Assembly: GCA_027366525.1 (NCBI GenBank)
Contig: DAHXKG010000005.1
Span: forward strand, 2,575-66,574
Source of the DNA: a candidate division FCPU426 bacterium
GTDB taxonomy: Bacteria > Oederibacteriota > Muellerivitia > Muellerivitales > DAHXKG01
Length of the DNA stretch: 64,000 bases
Direction of reading: 5' to 3'
In this document: positions 20,373 to 30,971 of the stretch, one piece after another
How the letters are laid out: every line of letters begins with the position of its first letter
How positions within the stretch are numbered: position 1 is the first letter of the stretch
Program-made: the position numbers and the translations under genes
Notes under the pieces: generated by a model
The model's database searches: none
Told to the model about the DNA's origin: nothing
The model's input: the letters and a program-made list of their open reading frames with translations, nothing else

Positions 20373-21533
20373 ATGAAAAAAAATATTTGGAATGGATTGT
20401 TGCTGGGACTAGGACTGAGTCTTGTGGGATCCGGATTGTGGGGCGCGACGCTTTCTGGATCAATGCAAGCTCAACAATTATTTTTGAAAGGGAAAAAGGC
20501 GTTCGAATTGCGGTTTGATGATGAAGCGGGACAGTACTTAACGACCTTGATTACGAAGTATCCAAGAGCCCCTCAAGTTCCAGAAGCTCGACTGATGTTG
20601 GCAGAGTTAGAAATTAATTTGAACCAAGCAATTGGCCAGCTTAAAATATTGGCACACGAATATCAGGGTCGGCGCGTGGGAGAGCAAGCCTTGCTTCAAG
20701 TTGCAAGCCGATATTATTTATCTAAGCAATATTTTTCAGCGGCACGATCCTATCAAAAGTTTATTCGTCAGTATCCGGTTTTAGAGCGCGAAGATCGGTT
20801 GATGGAAGACTACGACTGGCTTGGAAATTGCTATTATTATTTGAAAAAATATGATCGAGCACAACAAACCTATCAGGCGATTCTTAAACAATTACCCACT
20901 TCTTCTTGGGCTCCAAGAGCTTTATGGGGCGAAGGCATGATTGCAATGACTCAAAAAAAATGGAAGCAATCGATCCGGTTGTTTTTGATGATTTTGAACC
21001 ATTACCCAGCCTATAGTCAAATGGATTTGGTTTATTGGGAGTTAGGTCAATCGTATGCCGCTAAAAATAAAATCAACCATGCCCATGCGGCTTATTTAAC
21101 TCTGGTGGATCGATATCCTCGATCTCCTTTAAAATCCAAGGCCGAAGTTCAGTTAAAGATGTTGGAACATCTGAAACCAAGTTTAAAAAATGCACCTACA
21201 CCGATTCAGGCGATCGCCACCCCTGTTCCAACAACGACGCCATCCCAAGCCTTATTGACCCAAGTTGTACCAACTCCAACAGTCTGGCCTCAGAAAGAGC
21301 ATTATTATCTTCAAGCCGGAGTATTTAAAACCCTAAGTTTTGCCCAACGACTGGTTAAAAAATTAAATCATGAAAAATTTTCGGCGGTTTTAGTTCGATT
21401 CCGAATGAAGGCTTCCAAGATACCATTTTGGAAAGTGTTAGTCGGCAACTACTCAAGTATTCGCCAAGCGAAACAAGCACTCCATCAATTTCAACGTCAA
21501 ACTCACGTCGCTGCATTTGTGATCAAAGGTTAA
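20373..21533 (+). CDS. TPR-repeat periplasmic protein with C-terminal SPOR domain (YbgF/CpoB-like)
   Basis: 386 aa. Signal peptide, TPR repeats, Pro/Thr linker. C-terminal ~80 aa (YYLQAGVFKTLSFAQRLVKKLN...WKVLVGNYSSIRQAKQA) matches SPOR peptidoglycan-binding fold pattern. Confidence 0.65.
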   Translation: MKKNIWNGLLLGLGLSLVGSGLWGATLSGSMQAQQLFLKGKKAFELRFDDEAGQYLTTLITKYPRAPQVPEARLMLAELEINLNQAIGQLKILAHEYQGRRVGEQALLQVASRYYLSKQYFSAARSYQKFIRQYPVLEREDRLMEDYDWLGNCYYYLKKYDRAQQTYQAILKQLPTSSWAPRALWGEGMIAMTQKKWKQSIRLFLMILNHYPAYSQMDLVYWELGQSYAAKNKINHAHAAYLTLVDRYPRSPLKSKAEVQLKMLEHLKPSLKNAPTPIQAIATPVPTTTPSQALLTQVVPTPTVWPQKEHYYLQAGVFKTLSFAQRLVKKLNHEKFSAVLVRFRMKASKIPFWKVLVGNYSSIRQAKQALHQFQRQTHVAAFVIKG

Positions 21534-21585
21534 TAAAGTTCTTGAAATTTCGAATGGTTCCATATTTTGATTTAAACGGTGATGC

Positions 21586-24234
21586 ATGATGTTAGATACG
21601 ACTCCCATGATGCGGCAGTATAAAGAGTTGAAAAAAGCGCATCCGAATGAAATTTTATTTTTCCGGTTGGGTGATTTTTATGAAATGTTCTTTGATGATG
21701 CTCAAACCGCTTCTCGCGTATTGCATTTAACCTTGACCTCGCGGGAGGGAGGACAAGGTCATCGGGTTCCGATGGCCGGTATTCCTTATCACATGGCCGA
21801 TAATTATATTGCGCGGTTGGTTAAAAATGGATTTTCAATTGCCATTTGTGATCAAACCGAGGATCCGGCAGTTGCCAAAGGGTTGGTCAAGCGGGAGATC
21901 GTTCGGGTAATCACGCCGGGAACGATTCTCTCGGAAACCCTGCTGGAACACAAAGTCAATAACTATTTAGTGGGATTGATTTGCTCCGAGTCGCAAATCG
22001 GAGTTGCTTGGGCCGATGTTTCGACAGGGGAATTCAAGGCTTTTGAAATATCAACCGAGAATCGCGCTTTAATCGTGACGGCAGAAATCTCCAAATTCAA
22101 TCCATCCGAAATCCTATTTCCAATGAACTCAAGCTTTCAAAAGGATTTGGAATCTATGGTGAAAACTGCTTCTAATGCTAAGCTCACGAAATGGGAAGAT
22201 TGGAAGTTTAATTTTGATGATACACAACAAGCCTTAAAAGATCATTTCCAAGTTCAAACGCTGGAGGGTATGGGATTATCCGCCCATCGATTAGCCATTC
22301 AAGCGGCTGGTGCAGTCTTGAAGTACCTTAAAGAAACTACGCATAGCGATTTGGCTCACATCAATACCTTGATACTGGATCATCCAGGGGAAGGAATGAT
22401 TTTAGATACAGCAACCCAACGCAACCTTGAAATTTTAAAAACGATGCGAGATGATGAGAAACAAGGCAGCCTTTTATCCGTGATGGATCAAACCATAACT
22501 TCCATGGGTGGAAGAGAATTGCGGCGTTGGTTGGTGAATCCACTCACCACGGTACCCCAAATTCGTGAGCGTCAAGATGCAATTGAAGAAGGCTTGATTC
22601 AGCGAGATTCCCGGGAACAAATCCGAAAAATATTCAAGGAAATTGCCGATCTTGAACGATTGATTGGACGCATTGGATGTGCATCGGCTAATGCCAGGGA
22701 TTTGATCGCATTGAGAAATACGATACGATATTTTCCCGCTCTTCAAGTGATCCAAGCTGGGTTTAAATCAGACCTTTTACGTCGGCAATTTGAAACGTGG
22801 GACAATCTCAAAGAGGTTTTACAGCTACTTGAGCAATCATTGATGGATGAACCCCCGTTAACTCTAAAGGAAGGAGGGTTGATTAAGCCGGGTTATCATG
22901 ACGAATTAGATCGTCTTCGAAAAGATGCCCATGAGGGGAAAAGCTTTATTACCACTTTGGAGGGAAAAGAACGCCAAAGAACCGGTATTCATTCTTTAAA
23001 AGTGCGTTATACGTCCGTGTTTGGGTATTATATTGAAGTTTCTAAGACCCATTTGAATAAAATTCCACCCGATTATTTCCGGAAACAAACGTTGGTCAAT
23101 GCAGACCGATTTGTTACGGCAGAACTCAAAGAGGCCGAAGGCAAAGTATTGGGGGCGCAGGATCGTGCCGATCAACTGGAATATGAAATTTTTCAGGCCA
23201 TTCGGTCACAAATTTCAAAAGATATGGCGCGTATTCAACGCATGGCGAGGCATCTTGCAGGTTTGGATGTTTATATGAGTCTGGCCGATTTGGCTGAAAA
23301 AAACCACTATAGCCGCCCGGAGATTGAAAATACGTCAGAGTTAATGATTGAAGAAGGAAAACATCCGGTTTTGAGCCAGTTGATTGCAACTGATCAATTT
23401 ATTCCCAATGATACTTGCTTAGGCTCAGAAGAGGCTCGCATCATGTTGTTAACCGGACCGAATATGGCGGGGAAAAGTACATACATTCGTCAAGTTGCGC
23501 TTTTGGTTTTGATGGCCCAAATGGGTTCCTTTGTTCCAGCCAAATATATGAAATTGGGGTTGGTGGATCGTATTTTTTCACGAGTAGGTGCTTCGGATAA
23601 TTTAGTGCAGGGTCAAAGTACTTTTATGGTCGAAATGATTGAAACTGCGAATATTTTAAACTATGCGACAAACAAAAGTTTGGTTATTCTAGATGAAATT
23701 GGTCGTGGAACATCCACCTATGATGGGATTGCGATTGCGTGGGCTGTTGTAGAATATTTATCTCAAAACATCCAGGCCCGAACGTTATTTGCTACGCACT
23801 ATCATGAGTTAACCCAACTTTCCAAGGAATTTAAAAATATTAAAAATTTCAATGTAGCCGTTCGAGAATGGAATGATCAAATTTTATTCTTGAGAAAGAT
23901 TGTTGAAGGAGGAACGGATAAGAGTTATGGGATTCATGTTGCACGATTGGCGGGCGTGCCCAAATGGGTCATTGAACGTTCTAAAAAGATATTAATATTG
24001 TTGGAATCAACGAATTCGTTAGCGAGCCAGTTAGAACAGAAAGATCGCGAGGTGACAAATCTTGAAGAACCTGAAGTGAAACGGTCGCAGCTTCCTTTAT
24101 TTGAATCTAAAATGCAACATCCGATTATCCAGGAATTAGAACGCATTCAGATTAATGAGATTACACCATTAATGGCGTTGAACTTAATTGAACAATGGAA
24201 AAGCAAAATATGGGATTTTAAAAATGATGCCTAA
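21586..24234 (+). CDS. mutS: DNA mismatch repair protein MutS
   Basis: 882 aa. Mismatch-binding N-terminus (GDFYEMFFDDA), Walker A GPNMAGKSTYIRQVAL, STFMVEM, DEIGRGTSTYDG. Confidence 0.95.
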   Translation: MMLDTTPMMRQYKELKKAHPNEILFFRLGDFYEMFFDDAQTASRVLHLTLTSREGGQGHRVPMAGIPYHMADNYIARLVKNGFSIAICDQTEDPAVAKGLVKREIVRVITPGTILSETLLEHKVNNYLVGLICSESQIGVAWADVSTGEFKAFEISTENRALIVTAEISKFNPSEILFPMNSSFQKDLESMVKTASNAKLTKWEDWKFNFDDTQQALKDHFQVQTLEGMGLSAHRLAIQAAGAVLKYLKETTHSDLAHINTLILDHPGEGMILDTATQRNLEILKTMRDDEKQGSLLSVMDQTITSMGGRELRRWLVNPLTTVPQIRERQDAIEEGLIQRDSREQIRKIFKEIADLERLIGRIGCASANARDLIALRNTIRYFPALQVIQAGFKSDLLRRQFETWDNLKEVLQLLEQSLMDEPPLTLKEGGLIKPGYHDELDRLRKDAHEGKSFITTLEGKERQRTGIHSLKVRYTSVFGYYIEVSKTHLNKIPPDYFRKQTLVNADRFVTAELKEAEGKVLGAQDRADQLEYEIFQAIRSQISKDMARIQRMARHLAGLDVYMSLADLAEKNHYSRPEIENTSELMIEEGKHPVLSQLIATDQFIPNDTCLGSEEARIMLLTGPNMAGKSTYIRQVALLVLMAQMGSFVPAKYMKLGLVDRIFSRVGASDNLVQGQSTFMVEMIETANILNYATNKSLVILDEIGRGTSTYDGIAIAWAVVEYLSQNIQARTLFATHYHELTQLSKEFKNIKNFNVAVREWNDQILFLRKIVEGGTDKSYGIHVARLAGVPKWVIERSKKILILLESTNSLASQLEQKDREVTNLEEPEVKRSQLPLFESKMQHPIIQELERIQINEITPLMALNLIEQWKSKIWDFKNDA

Positions 24235-24260
24235 ACGACAAGAATCATAAACGAGTACTC

Positions 24261-27200
24261 ATGTTACGAAAAAAAAACAAACAACAGAAAAAAAAGCTTC
24301 TGTATGACTTCCAAGTTGAACTCGAAACGATCAATACGGAAACGGTGGTTGCTCGGGCTCTGCTTTTGCCAGGGTGTCAAGCTCAGGGAAAAAATGAACG
24401 TGAAGCGCTTGATCGTTTAAAAAGTGCCATTGAACTTTATCTTTTAGAATCAAAATCGTTTAGTTTTCGAAGCATTGAAGAGTTTCAGGATATTCCCATT
24501 ATCTATGCCTTGGTGGAATTCCGGGGATTTTTATTTGCCGCAACGAATCGGGATATGATTCTTAAATCCAAAAATACGTTTTTAGGATCTTGGATTCGAG
24601 TCGAACTAACTCAATCTCCCTCTAAATTTTTTAATCCTCACCGAACCGGTAAAAGTGATGCAGAAGGGGATTATGTTACTCAAATTTATACCTTGGGTAA
24701 ATTTTCTCCAGTGGGCAAACCTTTGCATCTCTATGCTGGAACCAATTTGAATGGGACAGCTTATCAAACAGAGGATGGAGAAAAGTGGGAAGAGGCTTTT
24801 TGTACCAACGAGGACCGCATTCATTGCTTGGTTCCATTTCGAGGAAAATTATATATTGGAACCAGTTCACAAGGAAAAATTTATGCATTTGATGGTTCAG
24901 TTTTAAAGCCAGCGGGAAGTTTAAATGAAACAGCCATAACGTGTATGGCTATCTATCACCAACAACTTTATATCGGAACTTATTCAAATGGGAATATTTA
25001 TGCCTCGCCGGATGGCCATGTTTGGAAATTGGTTGCTTCAACTGAGCAAACGTTTATTCAATGTTTGAAAGAATACCAAGGGGATCTTTATGCTGGAACT
25101 TCAAGTACGAAAGGCGTGGGTATTTTTAAGACGTCGAATGGCAAGGATTGGATGAAAGTTTATGAAAATCCTCAATTTCTCAATATCTATTCCATGGAAG
25201 TCTTTGGAAATGCGCTTTATGTGGGTTTAGGAAGTTCAAGTCGAATTCTAAGAACGGAAGATGGCATGAATTGGCAAACTGTTTATGCAGCGGATGAAGA
25301 AGGTGTAAGAGCATTTTGCCAGTTTGATGATTATCTATATGCAACGACGGAATTAAAAGGGAAGATCATCCGTTCAACTTTTGATAGCGGGTCGATTCCA
25401 GAAATTCGCGATGTTCAGATCGATGTTCAATCATCCAGTGAAGTGATTATTACCTGGAATACGAATATTCCGTCGACCTCCACCATTTATTATCGCGAGA
25501 AAAAAGAAAAAGAACCCGTTTATGATTTTGAATGGAAAATCAATCAATTGGATCGTGTGGAAAAACATGAAATGCGGATTTCAAATTTGAAAGCAGATCA
25601 GGAATATGAATGTCAGCTTATCAGCGCTAATCGGGAATCATCGGTCTCTAGCAAGATGGGTTTGAATTTCAAAACGAAACCCATTTTTCCGCCTCAAATT
25701 TCATCAACCACCCACCCTTCAAACCAGTGGAGTAATCAATCAAAAGCGGTATTCCAATTGGAATTTCCAGACGGGATTCAAGAATGTTGCTATTGCTTCA
25801 ATCAAAGCCCGGATGTTCTTTGGGATCAAATTGAATCCTTAATGACATCTGAAAAAACATTGGTTTTTGACACACCCCTGCAGGGAGTTTGGTATTTGCA
25901 TGTAATGGGTGTTGATGGCATCGGAAATCGAGGAGTTCAGACAACAGCGTATCGGTTTCAAGTCGATCTGGAAGCTTGGCCCCCGAGTGATGTTTCCTCA
26001 CCCACGCATCCAAATGCTCAGCAGTGGATTTCCAATGATAAACCCGTAATTCAATGGGTGCCTCCGGAAGATTTTTCAGGTATTAAAGGGTATTATTTAA
26101 AAGTTGATCAACTTGAATATACGATTCCGACCTCTGAAACAGGCGAATGGACAGAATCCAATTGTGTATCGCTGGGCTCCTTAGCAGATGGGATTTGGTA
26201 TGCGCATGTGATTACGGAAGATCAATCAGGCAATTTGGGAAATACCGCAGCTCATTTTCAATTTAAAATTGATACCCACGTATCGGCACCTGAAATTATT
26301 TCCATGACCCATCCAAGTAGCGATGTGTGGTATGCATCAAATCAAGTACAATTTCAGTGGCTGGAACCTCAAGATTTTTCAGGCATTGCCAAATATTATT
26401 ATCAATTTGATTCTGATTCTGAAAGTGAGGTGATTCCAAACCAGGAAAACGCCATAACGAAAAACCATTTTGAAATGAAAGACATTTCAGATGGTTTTTG
26501 GTATTTTCATTTGCGATCCCAAGATCAAGCTGGGAATATTTCCAAAACGACCAGTCATTTTAAAGTTTGTATTGATACATATGCTGCATCGCCAGTCATT
26601 ACTTCTCGGTCTCATCCACAGTCTCTGCACTGGAGTAATCAACCGCAAGCTGTTTTTCAATGGGAAGCGCCAACCGATGATTCAGGCGTTAAAGGATATT
26701 TCTTTATTTTGGATCAAAATTCAAAAACTCGACCCGATGAAAAAACAGGTATATGGACTGAACAACGTGAGTTGTCGATTCAAGTCATGGAAGATGGAAT
26801 ATGGTTTTTTCACTTGGTGATGAAAGACGCGGCAGGCAATCTCAGTGAACCAGATCATTATGAACTTCGAGTGGATACGCAAATTGCTCAACCTCAAATT
26901 CAATCGACCAGTCATCCCGATGAAAATAAATGGTACACGGTAACTCAAGCTGTTTTTCAATTGATTCCGCCGCCCGATTTATCGGGTATTGTTGGATTTT
27001 ATTACCAATTGGATACATCATCTGAAAATTTTGATGTGGATCAATCTAGTTTTTCAGAAGCTCCCAAAATTCAAATTCCCATTCAAGAAGAGGGTATTTA
27101 TTTTCTAAAAGTAGTTTGTAGGGATGCAGCTGGCAATAGGGGAAGCGTTCCCGCGTTATACCGAATCCAGTCTGATTTGAGAGTTCTTACTCCAATACTC

Positions 27201-29837
27201 CATTCGCCAAGTCATCCGGATCCTCAAAAATGGTATCGGTCTAAAAGCGTTCAAATCGTGATAGATGCTCCACCCGATTTATCAGGCATTTGGGGATATT
27301 ATGTCAAATTTGATCAAAATGAAGCTTATGAGTTTAATGAGACCCAAATGGAGTTTGTTCAGAAATCGGATTTTGAAATTGAGGTTTCAGGTGAAGGGAT
27401 TGGATTTATTCATGTTGTGGCACGCGATCAAGCGGGGAATATCAGCTCTGTCATTCACTTTAAAGTTCAAATTGCAATGGAAATTCTGCCACCTCAAGTT
27501 AAAAGTCCAACCCATCCGTTAGAACACTGGTCGAATCATCAATCGCCTATTTTCCAGTGGGAACCCCAAACTTCTTTATCAGAAGTTGAAGGATATTATT
27601 TTTTTATTGATTCTCAAGAAACAACGATACCTCAACCGGATCAAGCTCAATGGACAACAGAACTGCAATACAAATCGAATCCCTTACCGGAAGGGAAACA
27701 TTATTTCCATATTATTGCGAAGGATCGTGTGGGGAATCTAAGCATAAAAGCTTCCCACTATCCTATTTGGATCGATATTACGCCCCCTCATTCTAAAATG
27801 AATCCATTATCTCTATTTTCCAATCAATCCGAAATTCAGGTTTCTTGGGAAGCTGAAGATCCCTTCAGTGGTGTTGTGAATTATGATATCCAAGTAAAAG
27901 AAGGAATGAATGGAGTATGGCGAGATTGGTTAACGACCACGACTCAAACTTCTAGTACTTATTTGGCAGAATCTGGGAAAAAAACATTTTTCCGATGTCG
28001 TGCCCGAGATGGTGTCGGCAATGTCGGTGAATTTTCAAGTCAAGAAATCATTTCAACCACAGTGGATCTGACTCCACCTCCACCAGTGATTGAATTAAAG
28101 GCCACAGCACAACCATTAGGAAAAATTTTACTTCAATTTACTCCGGTTACTGATGAAATTTCAGGTACCGCTTTTTATCGAATTTATCGCTGGACACAAG
28201 TAGAAAACGATAAAAAACTTATTTCAACAGATGGTATGAATGTGCCAGAATATCTCGATTCGGATGAACAACTTAAGGATGGAACGACTTATTTTTATTG
28301 TGTTCAACCCGTGGATCATGTCGGGAATGAACAAATACAAGGCAACGCAACGGCGTCGGCAATTTCAGATCATTATGCTTTAACACCAATTGTGACAAGC
28401 ACAACGCATGTTTTGGGGGCTTGGAGTTCTAATCCGGTGGTGACCTTAAACTGGATGCCAGTTTTGGATGCATCAGGTATTTATGGATACTACTATATTT
28501 TAGATCAAAATGCGCAGACGGTAGTAGATCCAAAGAAAGCGCAATTTACAAAAGATCTAACATTTACAATGGGACCGCTGAAAAGTGGGCAATGGTTTTT
28601 TCATTTAATCATGCAAGATCGTGCCGGAAATTTAAGTCCTATAGCTCATAGTTGTATCAAGATTGATTCAGATCAACCGCAATCTCCGACCATTGTCTGC
28701 CTGACTCATCCAAACTCAAATCAGTGGTACACCAATGCTTCAGTTGAGTTTGAAATCATTCTTCCTGAAAAGCTTTCAGGCTGGGATGGTTATTATTATG
28801 TTTGGACACAAGAGAGCCGCACAGAATTGAATTCTCAAAATTCTACACGAAGTATTGAAAAGAAGTTAACGTTGAATATGGATAAAATTGGGAAATGGTA
28901 TTTGAAAATCATGGGACGAGATTTGGCAGGGAATTTTTCTAATGCTGTTCAATATGAAGTAAGCTACTCAGGACATTTTGGATCTCCTCCATCTATTTTT
29001 TGTTCAACGCATCCTCGGGAATCTAAGATTGAAACCAATAATTCTCCAGTGTTTATTTGGGAAGATAAGAAAACGGATCATTGGGTACCTTCAGGCTATG
29101 TATATAAGTTGAGCAAAAATGAATCTGAAATATTATCTATGCAGGATTCTTTCACTAAGGAAAAAACCATTAAATTTGAATCCTTGGAAGATGGCGTCTG
29201 GTTTTTCCATTTATCAACTGTGGATCAAAATGGAACTTTAAGTCCTTTGATTGCTAAGAAAAAAATAAGCATCCAACAAGCGATTTCTATTTCTGGAAAA
29301 TTTTTGTCTAAAAATGGTGTTCAGGGTATAGCTGGCATTCGCATAGAATGGTTACAGAATGACAAAGTGATAGGTACGATTGAAACGAATGCTAACGGGG
29401 AATTTTCTATTTTATTAACCTCTTCAGGAAAGCACGATTTGAAATTTTATGAACCCAATTTTCCGGTACTATGGTTAAAGAATATATTGATCACATTGGA
29501 TTCAATTACTGATCAATGGGTATTTTCAGAAGATCTTGGAATTTTTCCTGCTGTAGTGGATTCTGGTCCGGTTCAATTTTACTATTTTCTAAAAGAAGAT
29601 TGCAATGTGGTGATTGAAGTTTTTGATTCGAAAGGTGTTTTAATTCATAAATTAGAAGAGAAAAAATCCGGTGGATGTTATAACTATTCTATTTGGGATG
29701 CGAGTCCTTATACTACAGGTGAATATCTTTATAAATTGACAGCCAAAAGTATTTTAAAGGGATCGATGTCGAGGTTTAATATTAAAAAGTTTAAAATTAA
29801 TAAAAAACAAAAAATGATGATTGAAGCAATGAAGTGA
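24261..29837 (+). CDS. giant (1,858 aa) multi-domain repeat protein: HicB-like N-terminus, beta-propeller, FN3, ~12 tandem ~100-aa repeats, CarbopepD-like domain, FlgD-Ig/T9SS-like C-terminal domain
   Basis: Single uninterrupted frame. N-terminal 70 aa match HicB/UPF0150 antitoxin fold signature (LLLPGCQAQGKNEREALDRLKSAIELYL). Blades of GKLYIGTSS.G.IY...DG..W. Repeats with consensus S.THP....W.SN....FQWE.P.D.SG..GYYY..DQ...DG.W(F/Y)FH....D.AGNLS. C-terminal domain similar to those of the 37,777-52,357 proteins. No N-terminal signal peptide. Confidence 0.7.
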   Translation: MLRKKNKQQKKKLLYDFQVELETINTETVVARALLLPGCQAQGKNEREALDRLKSAIELYLLESKSFSFRSIEEFQDIPIIYALVEFRGFLFAATNRDMILKSKNTFLGSWIRVELTQSPSKFFNPHRTGKSDAEGDYVTQIYTLGKFSPVGKPLHLYAGTNLNGTAYQTEDGEKWEEAFCTNEDRIHCLVPFRGKLYIGTSSQGKIYAFDGSVLKPAGSLNETAITCMAIYHQQLYIGTYSNGNIYASPDGHVWKLVASTEQTFIQCLKEYQGDLYAGTSSTKGVGIFKTSNGKDWMKVYENPQFLNIYSMEVFGNALYVGLGSSSRILRTEDGMNWQTVYAADEEGVRAFCQFDDYLYATTELKGKIIRSTFDSGSIPEIRDVQIDVQSSSEVIITWNTNIPSTSTIYYREKKEKEPVYDFEWKINQLDRVEKHEMRISNLKADQEYECQLISANRESSVSSKMGLNFKTKPIFPPQISSTTHPSNQWSNQSKAVFQLEFPDGIQECCYCFNQSPDVLWDQIESLMTSEKTLVFDTPLQGVWYLHVMGVDGIGNRGVQTTAYRFQVDLEAWPPSDVSSPTHPNAQQWISNDKPVIQWVPPEDFSGIKGYYLKVDQLEYTIPTSETGEWTESNCVSLGSLADGIWYAHVITEDQSGNLGNTAAHFQFKIDTHVSAPEIISMTHPSSDVWYASNQVQFQWLEPQDFSGIAKYYYQFDSDSESEVIPNQENAITKNHFEMKDISDGFWYFHLRSQDQAGNISKTTSHFKVCIDTYAASPVITSRSHPQSLHWSNQPQAVFQWEAPTDDSGVKGYFFILDQNSKTRPDEKTGIWTEQRELSIQVMEDGIWFFHLVMKDAAGNLSEPDHYELRVDTQIAQPQIQSTSHPDENKWYTVTQAVFQLIPPPDLSGIVGFYYQLDTSSENFDVDQSSFSEAPKIQIPIQEEGIYFLKVVCRDAAGNRGSVPALYRIQSDLRVLTPILHSPSHPDPQKWYRSKSVQIVIDAPPDLSGIWGYYVKFDQNEAYEFNETQMEFVQKSDFEIEVSGEGIGFIHVVARDQAGNISSVIHFKVQIAMEILPPQVKSPTHPLEHWSNHQSPIFQWEPQTSLSEVEGYYFFIDSQETTIPQPDQAQWTTELQYKSNPLPEGKHYFHIIAKDRVGNLSIKASHYPIWIDITPPHSKMNPLSLFSNQSEIQVSWEAEDPFSGVVNYDIQVKEGMNGVWRDWLTTTTQTSSTYLAESGKKTFFRCRARDGVGNVGEFSSQEIISTTVDLTPPPPVIELKATAQPLGKILLQFTPVTDEISGTAFYRIYRWTQVENDKKLISTDGMNVPEYLDSDEQLKDGTTYFYCVQPVDHVGNEQIQGNATASAISDHYALTPIVTSTTHVLGAWSSNPVVTLNWMPVLDASGIYGYYYILDQNAQTVVDPKKAQFTKDLTFTMGPLKSGQWFFHLIMQDRAGNLSPIAHSCIKIDSDQPQSPTIVCLTHPNSNQWYTNASVEFEIILPEKLSGWDGYYYVWTQESRTELNSQNSTRSIEKKLTLNMDKIGKWYLKIMGRDLAGNFSNAVQYEVSYSGHFGSPPSIFCSTHPRESKIETNNSPVFIWEDKKTDHWVPSGYVYKLSKNESEILSMQDSFTKEKTIKFESLEDGVWFFHLSTVDQNGTLSPLIAKKKISIQQAISISGKFLSKNGVQGIAGIRIEWLQNDKVIGTIETNANGEFSILLTSSGKHDLKFYEPNFPVLWLKNILITLDSITDQWVFSEDLGIFPAVVDSGPVQFYYFLKEDCNVVIEVFDSKGVLIHKLEEKKSGGCYNYSIWDASPYTTGEYLYKLTAKSILKGSMSRFNIKKFKINKKQKMMIEAMK

Positions 29838-29909
29838 TCATTTATATATAGTATATAGTAATGTTGGTTGACTAATGGTAATGTTATTTGTACTATAAGC
29901 GTCTTAAAT

Positions 29910-29987
29910 GGGGTTGTAGCTCAGCTTGGTTAGAGCGCCTGCCTGTCACGCAGGAGGTCGCGGGTTCGAGCCCCGTCAACCCCGCCA
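29910..29987 (+). tRNA. tRNA-Asp (anticodon GTC), with encoded CCA
   Basis: GGGGTTG acceptor stem pairs with CAACCCC. D-loop AGCTCAGCTTGGTTAGAGC. Anticodon stem CCTGC/GCAGG with loop CTGTCAC. T-arm GGGTTCGAGCCCC. Discriminator G + CCA. Confidence 0.9.
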
Positions 29988-30286
29988 TTACAAATTTAAG
30001 CTGTCCCCAGCAGTCTCTAAAGGTCTTTGCCTGTAAGGGTTTCGCAGCCCGGAGCAGGTAAAGGCCTTTTTTTGTTCCGGTGGTCAGCGGGGATCAAAGG
30101 GGGGAAAAGGGGGTTGGGAATGACATCATAAGACTCCTATAAGACACCGGGCCGATACCCCTGCAATCTCCTGCCATTTAGAGGCGACCTCCTCCGGTTG
30201 GGCTACCCGGTTTTGACCCCCTCCCCGGCCTCCTCCGGAATATGACACAAGCGCCATAGGCTTTTGGGGTATAAAGGGCCAGTGGT

Positions 30287-30350
30287 TGACAAAAGGCTAT
30301 ATTTGGATAAATATGTATATAGAAATGAATAACTATAGGCATATTTATCC
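30287..30350 (+). promoter_or_regulatory. candidate abiE promoter/operator: TTGACA -35 box and 11-bp perfect inverted repeat GGATAAATATG..CATATTTATCC ending 1 nt before the abiEi ATG
   Basis: TTGACA at 30287-30292. IR arms at 30305-30315 and 30340-30350 separated by 24 nt. AbiEi antitoxins are known to autoregulate via inverted repeats in their promoter. Confidence 0.45.
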
Positions 30351-30971
30351 ATGAATACGGCGACCAAAGCAAAAACCTATGAAAGGGCCATCAAGGTCTT
30401 CAAGACCCATGGAGGGCTCCTGTCCTCGACAGAGGCCATTCAGGCGGGCATCCATCCAAGGGACCTTTACGCCATGAGGGATGCCAAACTGCTCGAACAG
30501 ATGAGCCGGGGGCTTTACCGCCTTTCGGATATGCCTTCCCTCGAAAACCCAGACCTTGTGACGGTAGCCAAGCGAGTGCCAAAGGGGGTCCTTTGCCTGA
30601 TCTCGGCTCTTGCCCTTCATGAGCTGACCACCCAAATACCCCATGAGGTTTATGTGGCGCTCAAGATGGGGGCGAGAATCCACCGGCTGGAAAACCTGCC
30701 TCTTCGGATTTTTCATTTTTCCGGTAAGGCTTTTACGGAAGGGATTGAGGAACGAAAGGTGGATGGGGTGGCCTTCCGGGTTTATTCCAAGGAAAAAACC
30801 CTAGCAGATTGTTTCAAATATCGGAATGTCGTTGGGATGGATACGGCGCTGGAGGCCCTCCGTAATTATTGGAAGAGCCGGGGGAAGAATATGGATAAGC
30901 TTACCCATTTTTCGAAAATCTGCCGTGTCGAAAACGTCATGCGGCCTTATTTGGAGACCATTCAAGAATGA
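30351..30971 (+). CDS. abiEi: AbiEi-family antitoxin (type IV TA / abortive infection)
   Basis: 206 aa. N-terminal winged-HTH pattern (YERAIKVFKTHGGLLSSTEAIQAGIHPRDLYAMRDAKLLEQMSRGLYRL) typical of AbiEi. ATGA-overlapped with downstream DUF1814 NTase gene. GC-rich relative to flanks. Confidence 0.75.
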   Translation: MNTATKAKTYERAIKVFKTHGGLLSSTEAIQAGIHPRDLYAMRDAKLLEQMSRGLYRLSDMPSLENPDLVTVAKRVPKGVLCLISALALHELTTQIPHEVYVALKMGARIHRLENLPLRIFHFSGKAFTEGIEERKVDGVAFRVYSKEKTLADCFKYRNVVGMDTALEALRNYWKSRGKNMDKLTHFSKICRVENVMRPYLETIQE

